Source of the DNA: TPA_inf: Saccharomyces
Lineage: Eukaryota
Reading direction: 5' to 3'
NCBI GenBank assembly: GCA_000146045.2
Contig: BK006945.2
Location: forward strand, 544,001-608,000
Length of the DNA stretch: 64,000 bases
The notes under the pieces are model-generated. The model saw only the letters and a program-made list of their open reading frames with translations, did not search any database and had not been told where the DNA came from. The translations under genes were made by a program, and so were the position numbers. Positions 1 to 10,577 of this stretch are shown piece by piece (positions within the stretch are counted from its first letter, which is position 1; every line of letters begins with the position of its first letter).

Positions 1-1698
1 TTTTCCTCGGAATTTCCTGAAAAGTATGTTCTGGATGATGAGGAAGTGGAAAGAATTAACCAATTAGCACAGTTGAATTTGGATGATGCTAAAGCTACTT
101 TGGAAGAAGCAGAAGGCGAATCAGGTGTTGAAGATGACGCCGCAACAGGTAGTTCTAATAAGTTGAAGGATCAGTTGGATATAGATGATGATTTGAAAGA
201 ATATAACCTGGAAGAATATGACGATGAGGAAATTGCAGATAATGAGGGTGGTAAAGACGTTTCCATGTTCCCGGGTTTAAGTAATGATAGCGATGTTAAA
301 TTCCATGAGGGTGAAAAAGGTGAAGATCCATATATTTCATTGCCTAATCAAGAGGATAGTCAAGAGGAGAAGCAGGAGTTACAAGTTTACCCATCCGATA
401 ATTTAGTTCTTGCTGCGAGAACAGAAGATGACGTTTCGTATTTGGATATCTACGTTTACGATGACGGTGCTGGGTTCCACAGTAGCGATATTCCCGTTGA
501 AGAAGGTGATGAAGCTGACCCAGATGTTGCTCGTGGATTGGTTCGTGACCCTGCACTTTACGTTCACCATGATTTAATGTTGCCTGCTTTTCCACTATGT
601 GTTGAGTGGCTTGACTACAAGGTTGGATCCAATTCCGAAGAAGCAGCCAATTATGCTGCCATTGGTACGTTTGATCCACAAATTGAAATTTGGAACTTGG
701 ACTGTGTTGACAAGGCCTTTCCCGATATGATTCTGGGTGAACCTCTTGATAATTCAATGGTGTCTTTGAAAAGCAAAAAGAAGAAGAAGAAGTCTAAGAC
801 TGGACACATTACTACTCATCATACCGATGCTGTTTTATCCATGGCACACAACAAATATTTCCGTTCCGTTTTAGCATCCACCTCTGCAGATCATACCGTA
901 AAACTATGGGATTTGAACTCAGGTAACGCAGCCCGCTCCTTAGCTTCCATTCATTCAAACAAAAATGTTTCATCATCTGAATGGCACATGTTGAATGGTT
1001 CCATTCTTTTGACCGGTGGTTATGATTCTCGAGTAGCTTTAACAGATGTTAGAATTTCTGACGAAAGTCAAATGAGTAAATACTGGTCTGCCATGGCAGG
1101 TGAGGAAATAGAAACTGTTACATTTGCCAGTGAAAATATAATATTATGTGGTACTGATTCTGGTAATGTGTATTCTTTCGATATTAGAAACAATGAAAAC
1201 CGTAAACCAGTTTGGACATTGAAGGCACACGATGCTGGTATCTCCACATTATGTTCAAACAAATTCATCCCTGGTATGATGAGTACAGGGGCCATGGGTG
1301 AAAAGACTGTCAAATTATGGAAATTCCCCTTGGATGATGCTACGAACACTAAGGGCCCAAGCATGGTTCTGTCTCGTGATTTCGATGTCGGAAATGTATT
1401 GACATCGTCATTCGCTCCAGACATCGAGGTAGCGGGTACCATGGTCATTGGTGGTGTCAATAAAGTTTTGAAACTATGGGACGTTTTTACCAATAGATCT
1501 GTACGTAAGAGCTTTAAAAGTGAACTAGAGAATGTTCAAGCAAGAGCAAAAGAAGAAGCCCAAAAAATAGGAAAAAGTTCAAGAATCGCCAGAAAATACA
1601 CCAGTAACGATAACCCAGATACTGTTATAACCATTGATGATCAAGGTGAAGATGAAGAAGAAAGAGAAGGTGGAGATGAGCATGATGACATGGCATAA
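1..1698 (+). CDS. PWP1: Periodic tryptophan protein 1 (WD40, pre-rRNA processing); 5'-truncated at the window edge, about 11 N-terminal codons missing
   Basis: The frame is open from nt 1 (FSSEFPEKYVLDDEEVERINQ...). The ORF track begins at a GTG at 46. WD-repeat protein with an acidic N-terminus. Synteny with NOP56 downstream. Confidence 0.85.
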   Translation, partial: FSSEFPEKYVLDDEEVERINQLAQLNLDDAKATLEEAEGESGVEDDAATGSSNKLKDQLDIDDDLKEYNLEEYDDEEIADNEGGKDVSMFPGLSNDSDVKFHEGEKGEDPYISLPNQEDSQEEKQELQVYPSDNLVLAARTEDDVSYLDIYVYDDGAGFHSSDIPVEEGDEADPDVARGLVRDPALYVHHDLMLPAFPLCVEWLDYKVGSNSEEAANYAAIGTFDPQIEIWNLDCVDKAFPDMILGEPLDNSMVSLKSKKKKKKSKTGHITTHHTDAVLSMAHNKYFRSVLASTSADHTVKLWDLNSGNAARSLASIHSNKNVSSSEWHMLNGSILLTGGYDSRVALTDVRISDESQMSKYWSAMAGEEIETVTFASENIILCGTDSGNVYSFDIRNNENRKPVWTLKAHDAGISTLCSNKFIPGMMSTGAMGEKTVKLWKFPLDDATNTKGPSMVLSRDFDVGNVLTSSFAPDIEVAGTMVIGGVNKVLKLWDVFTNRSVRKSFKSELENVQARAKEEAQKIGKSSRIARKYTSNDNPDTVITIDDQGEDEEEREGGDEHDDMA

Positions 1699-1966
1699 TC
1701 TGGATATGAAAAATATTAAAGCAGAGTACATTGCAAGTACAAATAAAAAATCTATAGAAGATAATACTGTATACTAGTGTAAGAGGAGCCTCAGAAAAAA
1801 ACAATATAATACATTAATATGTGCTGTTACGGTATAATTTAGCATATGATGACAATGTGGTGAATTACAGTTGTGTAACTTTTTTATATCACCCGGCATA
1901 TATACGCTCGTAGAATGCGATGTGAAAATTTTCTTTTTTTTTTTTTTTCAAAGTGAAATTTTTTTG

Positions 1967-1994
1967 AGTGATGAGATGGGAAATGAAAAATTTT
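1967..1994 (+). promoter_or_regulatory. PAC (GTGATGAGATG) plus RRPE (TGAAAAATTTT) ribosome-biogenesis promoter motifs upstream of NOP56
   Basis: PAC at 1967-1978 and RRPE at 1984-1994, about 100-130 bp upstream of the NOP56 ATG. A second PAC-like/RRPE-like pair lies at 1917-1933. Confidence 0.7.
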
Positions 1995-2096
1995 GTGCAA
2001 TTGCGTAGTGTCTACAGTTTTTTAAGTAGTTATTAAAAGTGTTTTGGAAGGTATATTTCTAGGAGAAGAAGCGTGCAGAACAGTATTTAGTGAAAG

Positions 2097-3611
2097 ATGG
2101 CTCCTATTGAATACCTACTGTTTGAAGAACCTACTGGTTACGCAGTTTTCAAGGTTAAGTTGCAACAAGATGACATTGGTTCAAGATTAAAAGAAGTTCA
2201 AGAGCAAATCAATGATTTTGGTGCTTTTACAAAGTTAATCGAACTTGTATCTTTCGCGCCATTCAAAGGTGCTGCTGAAGCCCTTGAAAATGCTAACGAC
2301 ATATCAGAAGGTTTAGTCTCTGAGAGTTTGAAAGCTATCTTGGATTTAAACTTACCAAAGGCTTCCTCGAAAAAGAAGAACATTACTTTGGCTATTTCCG
2401 ATAAAAACTTAGGTCCTTCTATTAAGGAAGAATTTCCATATGTTGATTGTATTTCAAATGAACTTGCTCAGGATTTGATTCGTGGTGTCAGATTACATGG
2501 CGAAAAATTATTCAAAGGTCTACAATCTGGTGACTTAGAAAGAGCCCAATTAGGTTTAGGTCACGCTTACTCCAGAGCTAAAGTGAAGTTCTCTGTTCAA
2601 AAGAACGACAATCACATCATTCAAGCTATTGCTTTATTAGATCAATTAGATAAAGATATCAACACTTTTGCTATGAGAGTTAAAGAGTGGTATGGCTGGC
2701 ATTTCCCCGAACTGGCTAAATTGGTACCAGACAACTACACTTTTGCCAAGTTGGTTCTTTTTATCAAGGACAAAGCTTCATTAAACGATGACTCCTTACA
2801 TGATTTGGCTGCTCTTTTGAATGAGGATTCGGGAATTGCACAAAGAGTCATTGACAATGCCCGTATCTCCATGGGACAAGATATATCAGAAACCGATATG
2901 GAAAATGTTTGTGTTTTCGCTCAGAGAGTCGCTTCCTTAGCTGATTACAGAAGACAATTATACGATTACTTATGCGAAAAAATGCACACTGTTGCACCAA
3001 ACTTATCAGAATTGATTGGTGAAGTGATTGGTGCTAGATTAATTTCTCACGCAGGTTCCCTAACTAATTTATCTAAGCAAGCAGCTTCAACGGTTCAAAT
3101 TCTTGGTGCTGAAAAGGCTTTGTTCAGAGCTTTAAAAACTAAAGGTAACACTCCAAAATACGGTTTGATTTACCACAGTGGTTTTATTTCTAAGGCCTCT
3201 GCCAAGAACAAGGGTCGTATTTCTAGATACTTGGCTAACAAATGTTCTATGGCCTCTAGAATTGACAATTACTCTGAGGAACCATCTAATGTTTTTGGTT
3301 CCGTACTAAAGAAACAAGTTGAGCAAAGATTAGAATTCTACAACACTGGTAAGCCAACTTTGAAGAATGAATTAGCCATTCAAGAAGCCATGGAACTTTA
3401 TAACAAAGATAAACCAGCTGCAGAAGTGGAAGAAACCAAGGAAAAGGAATCCTCAAAGAAGAGAAAATTAGAAGATGATGATGAAGAAAAGAAGGAAAAG
3501 AAAGAGAAAAAATCGAAGAAGGAAAAGAAAGAAAAGAAGGAAAAGAAGGACAAAAAGGAAAAGAAAGATAAAAAGGAAAAGAAGGATAAAAAGAAGAAAA
3601 GTAAGGATTAA
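2097..3611 (+). CDS. NOP56: Nucleolar box C/D snoRNP protein Nop56 (Nop5 domain) with a C-terminal KKE/D repeat tail
   Basis: 504 aa, starts MAPIEYLLFEEPTGYAVFKV, ATG confirmed at 2097. The lysine-rich EKKEKK tail is typical of Nop56/Sik1. Confidence 0.93.
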   Translation: MAPIEYLLFEEPTGYAVFKVKLQQDDIGSRLKEVQEQINDFGAFTKLIELVSFAPFKGAAEALENANDISEGLVSESLKAILDLNLPKASSKKKNITLAISDKNLGPSIKEEFPYVDCISNELAQDLIRGVRLHGEKLFKGLQSGDLERAQLGLGHAYSRAKVKFSVQKNDNHIIQAIALLDQLDKDINTFAMRVKEWYGWHFPELAKLVPDNYTFAKLVLFIKDKASLNDDSLHDLAALLNEDSGIAQRVIDNARISMGQDISETDMENVCVFAQRVASLADYRRQLYDYLCEKMHTVAPNLSELIGEVIGARLISHAGSLTNLSKQAASTVQILGAEKALFRALKTKGNTPKYGLIYHSGFISKASAKNKGRISRYLANKCSMASRIDNYSEEPSNVFGSVLKKQVEQRLEFYNTGKPTLKNELAIQEAMELYNKDKPAAEVEETKEKESSKKRKLEDDDEEKKEKKEKKSKKEKKEKKEKKDKKEKKDKKEKKDKKKKSKD

Positions 3612-3852
3612 AAGGAACAATGAATCGAAATAAAGTATATCCCATCTTTTTGTGTACTTTTCTTCCCTTTAAAGTTTTTCATATATATATATATTATCTT
3701 TTATTCCCTTCTAATATTCTTCTTTAGGATTTGGAAGCTGTATATTGTATATTTAGAAATATTATTAAATAAAAAAGTCATATGTTATTTTGAGCTTAAG
3801 TACCCTCTTATGCCTCTTTCACTCGCCATTACTGACATTCTGTGATCGCCAT

Positions 3853-4770
3853 TCATATATATAGGCCTGATTGTGCACCAATTGCCGCGCTATCACACCT
3901 CCATAAGCGATAGCATTCTTCAGAATATCTTGAAGGCTCAAAACCAAGCCATTGACCGCACAAATCAACTAAAGAACCCATGTCAGACAACGAAAGTTTC
4001 TCAAATCCATTAGGCCCCTCACTAGGCGCTACAAGACATTTAAATTTCAGTCCCTTACTGGGACCGACAATCAATTGTGTTAGCACACTTCCTATGAATC
4101 CCGTTATAAATTCTGGTGGTTGTAGTGTACATTCATTTTCCGTCATTACCTTCATGCTGGCGATTTTATCAGAGGTGCCAATTACTATTATATCAGGGGA
4201 GAACTGGGCTAACTGTGATATGATAGATCTACTTATCATGTTACCAAAAATCGGCGATATACTAATGAAATTCTCCTCCATAGAAAATAATAACGTCTTT
4301 CCAAATGAATAAATCGGGAAAGAAAAACCATATACTGTTTCATCGGCGGTGTCATTTTTTTGATCAGGATCAACCTCGTTTGGAAAGTTTTCGTCGTAAT
4401 TCCACGAGTGTTTACCTGAAGATTGGGGAAGACTTGGACTTTTCACCGTCAATGTAGTTTTAATTTCACCAATAGAGGTTAATTGAAGCAGATTTTTGGG
4501 GAATAATGGGTTCATTATCTTAGTAGTAATGACGGCTGTCGAATATTGAGGAACATCCAAGTCCTGAGGAAACTCAACTTTTGGAACCGGGCAGACTTCT
4601 AAAGATTGCAGGTTTTTTGAAATCTCTGGGAGATCTAGCAGATGTTTTGGTTCTGGTAAGTCATTCCATTGTTTAAACTTCAAAAAGAATCAAGTAACAT
4701 AAGTTAGTCAAACCACTCTACTCTAGCAAAATATGATGGGGAAAAAAGATTATTGTAACATACAAGCATC
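3853..4770 (-). CDS. PBA1: Proteasome assembly chaperone Pba1; spliced, exon 1 at 4770..4765 (ATG CTT), exon 2 at 4677..3853
   Basis: The ORF-track ORF begins at TTG (4683). An ATG lies at 4770 followed by GTATGT (5' splice site). A branch-like GACTAAC and an AG acceptor lie at 4679-4678. The spliced product is 276 aa (MLFKQWNDLPEPKHLL...), matching Pba1 length. Confidence 0.8.
4678..4764 (-). other. PBA1: Intron of PBA1 (87 nt; GTATGT...GACTAAC...AG)
   Basis: Splice signals read directly on the minus strand. Removing the intron restores an ATG-initiated 276-codon frame. Confidence 0.72.
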
Positions 4771-5011
4771 GCTATAAATGAAAATTTTACTGTAGTGCGA
4801 TGATATCTTGGTCGCTGTTTCTTATTATTTCGCCTGTTGCCACCTATTGCCACGCAACTTCTTAAATTGATTTCAATGAAGTCTGAAATTTTGATGCGAA
4901 AGAAAAAAAAAAGTAAAGGCAATAAAACTTCATCAAGTCAAACGTCATCTATAAATAATCCCACTTCAGAATTGAAAAAGACTACATTTGAGTGGAGGAA
5001 CAAAAGCAAAA

Positions 5012-5356
5012 ATGTCTGAATTAGGTGCCAAATATCAACAGTTGCAAAATGAGTTAGAAGAGTTTATTGTGGCCAGACAAAAATTAGAGACACAATTACA
5101 AGAAAACAAGATTGTAAATGAAGAGTTTGACCAATTAGAAGAAGATACACCTGTGTACAAATTGACAGGCAATGTCCTTTTACCAGTTGAACAAAGTGAG
5201 GCACGTACCAACGTGGACAAAAGATTAGAGTTCATCGAAACAGAAATTACAAGATGCGAAAAGAACATAAGGGACAAGCAGGAAGAACTAGAAAAGATGA
5301 GAAGCGAGCTAATTAAACTGAACAATACAGCAGCTTCCACTGGCCCAGGAAGGTAA
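5012..5356 (+). CDS. YKE2: Prefoldin subunit 6
   Basis: 114 aa from the ATG at 5012 (MSELGAKYQQLQNELEEFIVARQKLETQLQ). The ORF-track start at 4988 is TTG. Coiled-coil prefoldin beta subunit. Confidence 0.9.
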   Translation: MSELGAKYQQLQNELEEFIVARQKLETQLQENKIVNEEFDQLEEDTPVYKLTGNVLLPVEQSEARTNVDKRLEFIETEITRCEKNIRDKQEELEKMRSELIKLNNTAASTGPGR

Positions 5357-5510
5357 AACAAACTCACAGGTCCTCGGAAAGACAAGAAAGCGCACAGTAC
5401 CAATAAATCTGCCCAAAATAAAATTTTCTTTTATATACAATTATGTAACTTACAAACAAAATACCTACGCATTTCACTGTCCTAAACTTCAAATTGACAT
5501 GTAAGATTGC

Positions 5511-6293
5511 TTAACCCCTAACTAATTGAGATTTGATTAAATTTACCGTAGACATTAACGTATACCAGGCAAACTCTTCAGTATTGTTATAGTACTCACC
5601 CAAACGCATGACCCTATGTAATTTATCCTTTGCAAAAGTAAACGTTTCTTTGTAATTGTGGGATTTATCCTGAGCCATAAATAACTTTGAACCAATGTAG
5701 GTGCTCGAAACAGCCAATCTCTTAGCATACCATGCAGAATCATGGTGGTCCTTTTCGTTGGAAAAGTAAATCATATCATCGGACAATCTGTGTAGTTCAG
5801 GAATTGCAGTTTCAAAGAGAAAGGCGCTTGGAATAGCCAATTGTGACATTAGTTCCGACAAATGCCCACCGATTGGCTTGTCCATCTCCAATCTTTTTAA
5901 CAGCAAATGTTCTAATGAGGGTAGTTTGTATTGTGGAGTTACGTCAGGGTTGATTCCTTCAGTTAAACGATACCTTTTATCTACCAATTGAAACTTTATC
6001 AGTTCCATGACAGCGGTGGAAGAATGGAAAAACGAGGGCGAGTTGGGAGCACCTATTGAAGAGATCATGGAGGAAGGATAGCCGAGCTCATTTAAAGATT
6101 CAACAATGGATCTTTCAGAGAAACCGTGCTCGGGAACAAACTTTTGTAGAGCTAGTGACAATACTTTATACTGGGGTGATTCTTTTCCATAAGTTAAAGG
6201 TTTAATATGAATTGGTTTAACATGTTCGATAGGGTTCGAATGATATAAACGAAAGAATTTACAGCCCGTTCTGGCAGTATTGCGACAAAGCAT
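5511..6293 (-). CDS. COQ9: Ubiquinone biosynthesis protein Coq9 (mitochondrial)
   Basis: 260 aa, ATG at 6293. N-terminal mitochondrial-presequence-like MLCRNTARTG. Position between YKE2 and MSS51. Confidence 0.88.
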   Translation of the reverse strand: MLCRNTARTGCKFFRLYHSNPIEHVKPIHIKPLTYGKESPQYKVLSLALQKFVPEHGFSERSIVESLNELGYPSSMISSIGAPNSPSFFHSSTAVMELIKFQLVDKRYRLTEGINPDVTPQYKLPSLEHLLLKRLEMDKPIGGHLSELMSQLAIPSAFLFETAIPELHRLSDDMIYFSNEKDHHDSAWYAKRLAVSSTYIGSKLFMAQDKSHNYKETFTFAKDKLHRVMRLGEYYNNTEEFAWYTLMSTVNLIKSQLVRG

Positions 6294-6649
6294 GATTTAT
6301 AATGTGGTAAAGACTCTGTTATCTCTTTCCAAATTGGGGTGAAGTACCTTATGTAGGCCCAAAAAAAAAAAAACCCCGTATTATTGTTTCTTACTATTGT
6401 TATTGCTATTTTTCTTCCGCCTAATATAGTCCGAAAAGGAAAGGATATGTCATGGCAACTGTAGTCAGTATACTACTGTATAGGTGAATGGATTAGTTAA
6501 TGGACTATTAGGTCAACCATTACGAAGGGGGTGGGGTTAGTATTTTTGTATTTACAGATATTGAGATATCATACATAAGAAAAAAATTATAATAACGGTA
6601 GAAAACGCATATATTTATAAGATGAAAGTTGGGCATGGCCTCCCGATAA

Positions 6650-7960
6650 TCATTGTCTCTTGATTGTATGGTACCTTTTACCTCTGAACCCGGCAATATA
6701 CATGTTAAATTGATAAACTTCTTGAGGATTCATGTCATTTAATTCCCACTTCGTACTTCCAAATACGTTTCTGACGGGCTCCATTAAGACATCCATTTCC
6801 TTACCGTATTTGGATTTGACAAGATTTATGTCGTCCGTTAGGTCTTTCTTATTGAAACCCGTTGTGAAGATAGCACATTTTGTTTCCAGTAATGCCTTCA
6901 TAGTTTCACCCATCCATGAACCGTGAGATTCTGGAGATGCGTAGCCTGGATGGAAAGTAAAAAAGACATCCATGTATGGATCGTATGGGAAAAAATCTTG
7001 AGCCTCATGGAATACTTCGAAAAAGTTTGTACGATAAATGAATTTCAGAGTCTCGTCTACTCTTTGTACTACCGGCGTAGTAGACTTGACGTACTCCTGT
7101 TTATCCCTTTTATACAGGCATTCGGGTCCAATGAAATGTATTTCGAAACTCTGCTCTGGGAAAAGAAACTGGAGCTGTTTCCAAACGTGGCCCGGCAATT
7201 GAGCTTCAGCACGTGCACCTAGGATGAAAATTCTCATAGCACGGTTCTTAGTTGTGGTTGGTAAAGATCTATTCTCCAACGGATATAAAGTATACCTGAG
7301 AGCAGCCAGAGATTTTAGACCTTCTAAGGTGATAGGCCCCTTTGGGTTCAATGAATACGGGGAAAATTTGTGCAGCAAAGACCCAATCGTAATTGGATAG
7401 CTTAGCATCTTTGTGACTGCGGCTAATTGGAACTCTGTATCCATGGAATAGAATGATCTTGTGTAGAAAAACAAATCCCAGTTTGTTAGGTTAACGGCCT
7501 TGTCGTAGCCTTGCTGTTGGGGAAAATCAAACTCCGGGAAGGGTCTACCGCTTCTTAAGTCATGCTCATAAATATTAACTTTTTTCAGGATTTCATATTT
7601 TTTAGAATCGTGATATGCTTTATCCATCTCCCAAGCCTCTCGTGAGTGATGAGTCGGAATTCCTGACAGAGGACAAGTGTAGTTAATATCTTTGCCGGTA
7701 ACAGGGCAGTGTGCTAGCGTTCTAATCTTGGCGGCCCTTTCACGCAAGTCCACTGAGGGAGACTGATCCCATGGATGGAATCTGTTCTCCGGAGTAGGAT
7801 CTTCTGGAGAGGGAGGAGGATCCAATCCAAGGGCGTTCCTAACGAACCCCATGAGGTGACGACGTGTTTGGTGAGAGACAACTAGCCTGTTGTGTGGCGA
7901 CTTCCTTAGCAGATGGAAATATAGCTGAGTAGCACCCGAAGGAGCATATAGCACGGTCAT
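6650..7960 (-). CDS. MSS51: Mitochondrial COX1 translational activator Mss51 (zf-MYND-like)
   Basis: 436 aa from the ATG at 7960 (MTVLYAPSGATQLYFHLLRKSP). The ORF-track ORF extends 32 codons upstream with no ATG. Confidence 0.9.
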   Translation of the reverse strand: MTVLYAPSGATQLYFHLLRKSPHNRLVVSHQTRRHLMGFVRNALGLDPPPSPEDPTPENRFHPWDQSPSVDLRERAAKIRTLAHCPVTGKDINYTCPLSGIPTHHSREAWEMDKAYHDSKKYEILKKVNIYEHDLRSGRPFPEFDFPQQQGYDKAVNLTNWDLFFYTRSFYSMDTEFQLAAVTKMLSYPITIGSLLHKFSPYSLNPKGPITLEGLKSLAALRYTLYPLENRSLPTTTKNRAMRIFILGARAEAQLPGHVWKQLQFLFPEQSFEIHFIGPECLYKRDKQEYVKSTTPVVQRVDETLKFIYRTNFFEVFHEAQDFFPYDPYMDVFFTFHPGYASPESHGSWMGETMKALLETKCAIFTTGFNKKDLTDDINLVKSKYGKEMDVLMEPVRNVFGSTKWELNDMNPQEVYQFNMYIAGFRGKRYHTIKRQ

Positions 7961-8185
7961 AGTTCTGGAAGTACAAGTTTGCCAAACTACTTTAAGTCCA
8001 CCTTCGCAATATCTACAGTGTTCTGCGCTTATAAAGTGTAAAAAAACTACAACCAAAGGCCCGCCCTTAGTAGTTGACCAAATATCTACTATTGTCTCTT
8101 GTCAGACTCCTTTGGATTATTTTCTTCGAGCCGCTTTTTCGTAGCGCATGATAAAAAGAGCCCTTTCCCCATACTGCACACTTAA

Positions 8186-8605
<420 letters not shown>

Positions 8606-8723
8606 TAGGGCTGTAAAAACCTCTCACATGTTTTTCTCTGCTGTTTTTCCTTCCCTATTCTTCATATTTTGATATTATTTCATGTATATATTATGTTTGT
8701 ATTTAGACTTTTTTTTTTATACG

Positions 8724-9677
8724 TTATACTATGCTAAGAAAACTCTTTACCAAGAAGTAAAGAACCCAGATCGCGATAATAGAAAGCACCAGCAGCATGA
8801 CCGTGTGGAGTGCTCTTCTAGTAGCAGAATCCTTGTTGAACATCCATTCTTCGTACAAGTACGTAATACACTTGAAGCTGAACTTGCCCATTAACTCGCG
8901 ACGATTCAACTCTCCAATTTCTGCAACGATGTTGAAGTTCCAATCAAAAATGCCTTCTGCGACGCTAATGATCTGCAACTTTTGTGCTTCGGTCAATTCC
9001 GTCCTGGTGGCCAGCTCATAGTTCTTCTTGTATTCCCATTTCAAGCGTGTTTCTTCAGTGGGACCCAGATCGCTGAAGGTGAAGAAGTTTGTGCCCTTTT
9101 TGACCAGTTCCTTCTGTGATAGCTTCTCGAAGTTGGGGAAGAGCCCCAGTCTTCTGTACAAATTCGATCGTATTAGCTTGCCGCCGGCGAAAAGCGCCAA
9201 GTACAGAACGTGACAGTAAGAAAGAATGGTGCATGGCTCCTTGTGTATGTTTTCGTGGATGTTATTGATAAACTGCTGTAGTAGCGGTGGCTTCTGGAAC
9301 GTAGCCAGGAATTCGTTTAATGATTCTGTGCTTTTAAACGTGTTTGAGTATAGCAGCTTCAGGTCCTTATAGATCTGCGTAGATCTTCTAAAATCTTCGA
9401 GCCAAAACTGCTTCAGAATGGTCGAAGTTTGCAGCTCCTCCTCCGTTACGGGGTCATTCAGTAGGCGATCTATCTCTTGCTCGATGGCATCGAACACATA
9501 ATAGTACGCCAGAATACCCTGTCTGTATATAAAGCCATGTCTCATGGCGATGGCCATCTTTATGCCCATGAAGGTATTGATTTTATTGTGGGCATCTCTG
9601 GTTTGAAAGTTGATTCTGTTTGCTAGCGCCCCCACGTCAGTGGGTGAGGGTATGATTGTATTGCTACTGTCCTCCAT
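8724..9677 (-). CDS. HMX1: Heme oxygenase homolog (ER membrane, iron-regulated)
   Basis: 317 aa from the ATG at 9677 (MEDSSNTIIPSPTDVGALANRINFQTRDAH). C-terminal transmembrane anchor. An Aft1-type CACCC element lies upstream. Confidence 0.9.
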   Translation of the reverse strand: MEDSSNTIIPSPTDVGALANRINFQTRDAHNKINTFMGIKMAIAMRHGFIYRQGILAYYYVFDAIEQEIDRLLNDPVTEEELQTSTILKQFWLEDFRRSTQIYKDLKLLYSNTFKSTESLNEFLATFQKPPLLQQFINNIHENIHKEPCTILSYCHVLYLALFAGGKLIRSNLYRRLGLFPNFEKLSQKELVKKGTNFFTFSDLGPTEETRLKWEYKKNYELATRTELTEAQKLQIISVAEGIFDWNFNIVAEIGELNRRELMGKFSFKCITYLYEEWMFNKDSATRRALHTVMLLVLSIIAIWVLYFLVKSFLSIV

Positions 9678-9831
9678 TTTTGCGGTTATTTTATGTGTGT
9701 GTGTGTATATATGCTGTGTTATATTGTGCACTGTTAAATAGCTCCTCCTTAGACTAAGCAAGAGAGTATGAGGAGGTTGCTCTTATATACAAACACAAGA
9801 GGGCGAGAGGGGCACCTGGCCATTGCTCCAT

Positions 9832-9839
9832 CACACCCA
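9832..9839 (+). promoter_or_regulatory. Aft1-type CACCC element (CACACCCA) upstream of HMX1
   Basis: About 155 bp upstream of the HMX1 ATG (9677, minus strand). HMX1 is an iron-regulon gene. Confidence 0.5.
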
Positions 9840-10577
9840 ACTCAGGTGTAAATCGTCCTACTTATGAAGGTCATTAGCCCATGTTTGAAACCGTGTGTTA
9901 CATGGCTCAAATTCCACGGTCCGATAACGCCGACCCCGAGCAGGTGCAAATGGCCAGGCGGTATCGCCAATGATCCGTTTATCTAAAGATAGATAGATGG
10001 CCGAACGTGGACTGCCTCTATGGGTACAATAACATATGCACATGGCAACGGGTCTTGGTGCTCAATCGACGGGCACATACACCCTGACTTTCCCCATCAT
10101 ACGACGATGCTCTAGTAAACTTGCACCCGCACCTGTTAGATAAACAAGTGCGCCCAAGATCACAATACCGAAGGGGCGATATCACCACTCAGTATTCTAC
10201 AGTCGAGCATAGCGTAGTCTGGCAGTATCCCGCACGATCCATTGTATTGTTTGTCCAAACCGCATTTTATGTGTAACGATTAATCGTATATACATGGCCT
10301 ACAAGAAATTACCCTGCGGCGAAGGGTGAAAAAAAAAGTAGTGGAAACTAAAGAAAGAAGAGTTTAGTTACGGACCCTTTCAAGGATTGACACACTCCCA
10401 ATATTTTGCTACATTATTGACCTTTGTTGAAGGAGGCGTTCGTTTATTTAATTATTTTGTTCTGTTTTGCCTACAACTGCGAATACGCTCACATTCTAGT
10501 TTGACCTTCACAAATTCTTATCATCTTCTTTTGTTTATTTTGACACACCCCTATTAAGTGTATTTGTTTTGTAAGTA

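Noticed and set aside
344-757. 137-aa minus-strand ORF inside PWP1
   Set aside because: It is embedded antisense in a highly conserved coding region, has no promoter space and an odd composition. This is a typical shadow ORF.
3980-4312. 110-aa plus-strand ORF antisense within PBA1
   Set aside because: It lies fully inside the PBA1 coding exon on the opposite strand. It has no supporting signals.
6923-7222. 99-aa and 64-aa plus-strand ORFs inside MSS51
   Set aside because: Antisense shadow ORFs within a well-supported gene.
6650-8056. 32-codon N-terminal extension of MSS51 in the ORF track (468 vs 436 aa); similar extensions for QRI5, HMX1, CDC123, BUR2, UCC1 and CCC1
   Set aside because: The extended starts are TTG or GTG, not ATG. 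The first in-frame ATGs give the protein lengths and N-termini that match the known proteins.
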